Assembly: GCA_905178155.1 (NCBI GenBank)
Contig: CAJINV010000006.1
Location: 852,872-916,871 of the forward strand
Origin: Amoebophrya sp. A120
Lineage: Eukaryota > Protista > Dinoflagellata
Length of the DNA stretch: 64,000 bases
Reading direction: 5' to 3'
Part shown: piece by piece, positions 59,644 through 64,000 of the stretch
How the letters are laid out: each line of letters starts with the position of its first letter
Position numbering within the stretch: the stretch's first letter is position 1
Notes under the pieces: generated by a model
Told to the model about the DNA's origin: nothing
The model's input: only the letters and a program-made list of their open reading frames with translations
Database searches by the model: none
Program-made: the position numbers and the translations under genes

Positions 59644-62600
59644 GGAAACTGTCGGAGGTGGAGAAGCGGATGGAGGGCGGGGCTCTCATGAGCCTGCATA
59701 AGTAAGTAAAGCAATACAACTGTAAAATGATAGCAGCAACTACACGAAGAAAGGGCAATAAAGCACACTTACTCTTACACTCAGATGACCAACAGTTGGC
59801 ACAAAACGCAAGCAACAGGATAATTTAAGCGCGGTTTACTTAGATCAAGTTCACGTTGAAAATGCTAATACTTTGAGGAGTACGTTTTTTTGAAACAGCA
59901 ACTGTAGATAGAATACAGTGGGTAAATAAAGAAAAAATCTGGGATTGCCAAGCAATGAAGAACATGAAAGCACAACAGGTTTATAACATGCAAAAATGAA
60001 CGCCGTGGCGCGACGGTGCACAAACTTCCTGAGATTTTTTTCGTAAGAACGAATTGTACAGAAACAGATCAATGATGAAGAAATTGAAATAAAAGCAGCA
60101 ATAGTAAACAAGCTCCGTCAACATCATGATGATTGATGTCGACCGCACCACTGGTGGACGCCTAAGTCCCACGATGGAAGCGTGGGAAGTTTTGACTTGT
60201 TCACTTACTTACTTCTTTCCGGTTGAGCAAGATGTTCTCACTTCGTTTTGGATATTAAAAGACGAGGCTGCACAAGCTCGAGCTGATCCACCAGGCTCGT
60301 CAAGGCAAGGCCGCAAACTTGCGCGCGGCGGGGTTTGGGGTCCAGGGGTCGGCAGAGAAGGGCCCCGAGATGCTTCAGCGCGTGACCCTGGTCCGCCGCG
60401 TCTGCGTGCTGTGGATGTCGTTGCAAAAGGACCACGCGGGCGACTTCGCAGCGGGAAGAAAGACGGCGGAGGGCCGGGCCCCGATTCCGTCGGGGGCAGA
60501 ATTGGAGAACGTCGCCGCCGGGGCCGGGTTATTTGCGAGGGCAGGCGGGAGGGCCGTCGGTTGATCACTCTGCGCCCGCGCGATCCACATGCCCGGCAGC
60601 TGTGTGGCCATGCCCCTGCGCGTGGCGGAGTGCGCCCCCGATTCGGGAAGGCGGGCCGCCCCTTGGTTCTGCGCGCGCCGTTGGCTCGGGCCTAGATAGT
60701 CGCGTGGCGCGCACGGGCGGCCGTGGCACTTAGCCCCAGGCCCTTCGCGCCGGCAGAGCCAGCCGCCGGCCCCCGGTCTCGCTCCGCGGTGGGCCGTCCG
60801 GGCTGCCGTGCGGTGCCGCGATGGGTGGTTTTAGCGACCGAGGGCCGCGGCCAAGCGAAGAGCCGGGCGCAAGGCCCGGGGGCTCCGATTCGATAGCGGG
60901 CCGGCGCAGGCCGGCACAGACACTGCCTTCCAAGTTGCTTTGCCCACGCGAGCCATCGCGGTCGCGCCCCAGAAGAAATTCTCGAAGACGGCCGCGTGCG
61001 TCTACTCGAAGGCGAAGGGGGCCGTCACTCGGCTCACGGCAGACACCACGTTGGCCGGCGCAACCACGCTGCAGACGGTAGACTCAGCCGCGAGCACACT
61101 TGTCGCTCGCGCGCGCGCTCTCTCACTGAACCGCGCGCCAAGGGGAAGGCGAGTGTCCTAGTGAACCTAGAGAGAGAGCCTGTCAAATTCGCTGCCCGAC
61201 GAGGCCCACGAGGTGACGGCCCCGCTTCTCGATACAATTCCGAACAGGAAGGACCAGCTGCGCCGGGCCAAAGAAAAGCGCCGGCGCATCGCCTAAAGCG
61301 AAAGCCCGGGCCGCGCAGCCTTTTGGCGGCTCCTGCCCGCGCTCGCGCAGGCAAACTTCGCGACAGAAAAGAAGCAAGGGCGCCGGCGCATGCCGCCACG
61401 AAATAAACACACCGGGCAGCGGCTGCCCTGCGCCCGTACCCCGCGCCGGCTTTTGCCGGTGGGTGCGGCGGTGGGGGGTGGGGAAGGGCCGCGCGTATTG
61501 CTTTCATTCATGTGGGCGGGGGGGCCCCTAAAGTGCCGCCCCGCACTGTGCCAGCCTCTGGGGCATCCAGGGGCCAGAACCGTCTCCGAAGTTCTCGGGG
61601 GGCGCCCAAGTTTTCTGTCGGCGCCGGGCCGCTGGGTGTCTATCTTGATTATATGAATGTGGGGAGCGCCTCCCGCAATGCTGGCGGCCCTGCGCGCGGG
61701 TTGTTTTCGCAGGCCAGCCCTGCGCGCGCACGCGCCGGGGCGGCGGCTGCGTGATCTCGGGCGGGGCTACAAGTACAAGGAGGCCGTCCCGCGGCACGGT
61801 GCCTGTGTGGGGTCGGTTCGGCGGTTCTCAGCCTCGTTGCCCTTGCCAAACTGGAGAAAACCTCTCGACGCGGCCAAGCAAGCCTGTGAGAGACATGGGG
61901 CTCTCGCTCTACAATTTCTCTCGCGTATTGGGTTCTCTCATTTGAAGAGTAGCAAGCATCTCGCCCGCTATATTCTCGATCTTGAGTCCAGCAGAATTCT
62001 CGGTCGCTCAAGATGATCTCTAGGCCGCTCAGCAGAGGTAGAAAGAATTGTTCACATGCTCAAGTAGCAAAAACGAACTCGGTTATTTGATGATGTTTGA
62101 TGGCGCAAGGACCTAGCGTTAGCCCTAAGCTGCCGGTCGTGCCGCGTTCGGTCACACAAGATGTGAATTCTATTGCACAGCGAGGCCGCTCTGTTGACAT
62201 TCTATTTGTATTTGATTGAAGTATAGTTGTCCTTTGTGACCACAGACAGCGCAAAGAACAAGCTGAAAAAAGCACGGAACGTTCAAGAACAAAGCGAATT
62301 GCAAGATAAGATCGGCAGCGACAATTATCTCATGATATCGCAGGAGGTTAGACACAAAAGTTCGACGCCTAATAGCGCCTAGCGAAGCAATCTTCAGTGT
62401 CAGTTGCAATAAGAATCGGAAGACCTCCACTTCTATCGATATCGGCTGTGAAGATGTGTAGAAAAACAAAGCGAGTGATGTTGCGACAACATGGTGTCTG
62501 AAAAACAAATGCGGTTTCTGAGAAACAAATGCCCTACATCTATTTTTCATCTCGCCAGGACCCAATCTTGTTGACCATTGTAATTTTTACAACGACACCA

Positions 62601-62943
62601 GCGCATTATCTTCTCATTGTCACTTCTCTCTTCACCACACCAACGCAGCGCTCTCGATCAGGATTCTGTAGTACAGAATCAGAAAGACTCTTCTAGACAG
62701 CACCAATAGGACACGAGACATCGACTTGGGAAGAAATTCAGAACTTATCCGGGGTTGTAAGTAGTTTCGCACGACCGCGCAATTCGTTTAATTTCGACGC
62801 AGAACGAGTATAAAAAGATCTTGACCAGGGGAACATCAAGCCGCGTGCAATTCGTGTTTTTATTACACTTCGGTTTCTGACTGATATCAAAAATCTTCTG
62901 TTCTTCGCGATTTCTCTTACTTCTACCCACCTAAAGATTCATC

Positions 62944-64000
62944 ATGACGAAGATGGCTAGCCCCAAGCGGTCTCCCTCCCCCATCCCGAAAAAAAGGCCC
63001 AACGAAGTATGACCTGCTCAAACGTTACAATCTCAAACGTTACGATAGAGTCTCGGTTTTGTATTGCATGATGAGCATGACAGACTCGGACGGTATTCCA
63101 CTTTCTGCAATACAAATTTCGCCAGATTTTTGTAGCGCGGATTGGGACTCCAGAACTTGCCATGCGCAATCCTATGAGAGCTGGCTAGATAATGCACTTC
63201 TTGCAACACAAATTCCAGACTCTATTGTAACGGTTGAGATTGTAACACCTGAGCAGGTTATACGAAGAATCTGCCGGATTACCATTGTCATCCTCTTCAA
63301 AAACAACTACAGCTAGCAAAAATCTTGAGCAGTTTTCCACCACTAAGAAACAGAAGCAAGATCACTCTGAAAATATCCAAAACACCACCTCCCCGAAATC
63401 ATCTTCGAATACTAAAATGCTCAAGGGTTTCTGCACCTCCTCCAACGCAGCGAAGGCGGTCGTCGCCCCGGCTTTGGTGCCGACGCAACAGCACACGACG
63501 GCCGCGACCAAGAAGCACAAAGTCGCGTTGATTGGTTCCGGGAATTGGGGGTCTGCGGTGGCGACGATTATCGGGAAGAATGTGGAGAAACACCCGATAT
63601 CAAATGTAAAAATGTCTGGGTCCTCTGGAAGAATGCAACTTGTGATGCTGGGTCTGCACTATCCAAAAATCTGTATTGCATGAACAGCACAAGAGGTCTG
63701 GTTTTGGCCACGGCGGGAGGGCATTTCTCATGCGGTATAGGCATCAGAAAGCCCTCACAAGATCTGTGATGCTAGGGCATGCATCGCAGACATCAGGAGT
63801 CATGCAAAATGTGCACGACAAACCTTGCATCCTTCCAGACCCAGACATTTTTGCATTTGATACCCAAACCTGTTCGAGCCGATCATCAACATGTACGTTT
63901 ATGTATCCTGTGCAAAAGCATCGTACTCGGAGTAATTGCGTTTATGCATTACAAATCCCTTTCTCAAGGTAAATCAGCATTACAAATTCCATTTGTAAAA
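62944..64000 (+). CDS. GPD1: NAD-dependent glycerol-3-phosphate dehydrogenase, 5' part, with long N-terminal extension
   Basis: KVALIGSGNWGSAVATIIGKN..HP|NLFEPIINMYVY is the eukaryotic GPDH N-terminal signature; introners 63008-63262, 63598-63862, 63904->end. Confidence 0.9.

Noticed and set aside
1-64000. Many short ORFs sharing peptides such as CKNVWVWK, FQTQTFLHLI, PDPDIFAFD, NMSGSG
   Set aside because: They are different-frame translations of the introner TIRs, not a protein family.
1-64000. Autonomous transposase or reverse transcriptase
   Set aside because: No recognisable DDE, RT or tyrosine-recombinase ORF, including in the 1,047-bp and 1.2-kb elements.
1-64000. Ciliate IES-type DNA elimination, or inactivated pseudogenes
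   Set aside because: 5-bp variable duplications rather than TA repeats, standard code, and intact frames fit the known RNA-level introners; DNA excision cannot be formally excluded from sequence alone.
1-64000. Genome-wide stop codon reassignment
   Set aside because: Only one in-frame stop in thousands of reconstructed codons; TAA, TAG and TGA all appear as gene ends.

Overview
Eukaryotic genomic DNA, all supported genes on the + strand. Coding sequence is interrupted by about 100 short (mostly 145-330 bp) elements with a shared form: 5-bp direct repeat | TAT...terminal inverted repeat...ATA | 5-bp direct repeat. Removing each element plus one copy of the 5-bp repeat restored an open frame at every junction I traced by hand, so they behave as non-GT-AG introns. 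This matches the introner elements described in the parasitic dinoflagellate Amoebophrya (TAT-N7-AAA type, as I recall strain A120); the organism call is an inference. At least 9 TIR families occur in both orientations and share an internal GCAT(G/C/T)ACA motif. Reconstructed genes: a large TSP1-repeat membrane protein (38 elements), two paralogous alpha/beta-hydrolase-like proteins, a JmjC + EF-hand protein ending NDEL, a single-pass membrane protein, two paralogous Cys-rich proteins (one with two PAN/apple-like modules), and the 5' end of NAD-dependent glycerol-3-phosphate dehydrogenase. Notable oddities: nested elements, a 1,047-bp long-TIR member nearly free of the internal motif, back-to-back elements around a zero-length exon, an in-frame TGA, insertions flanked by 45-70 bp duplications, an AP2-like ORF and GC-rich islands. 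Coordinates were read by eye and may be off by a few bases.
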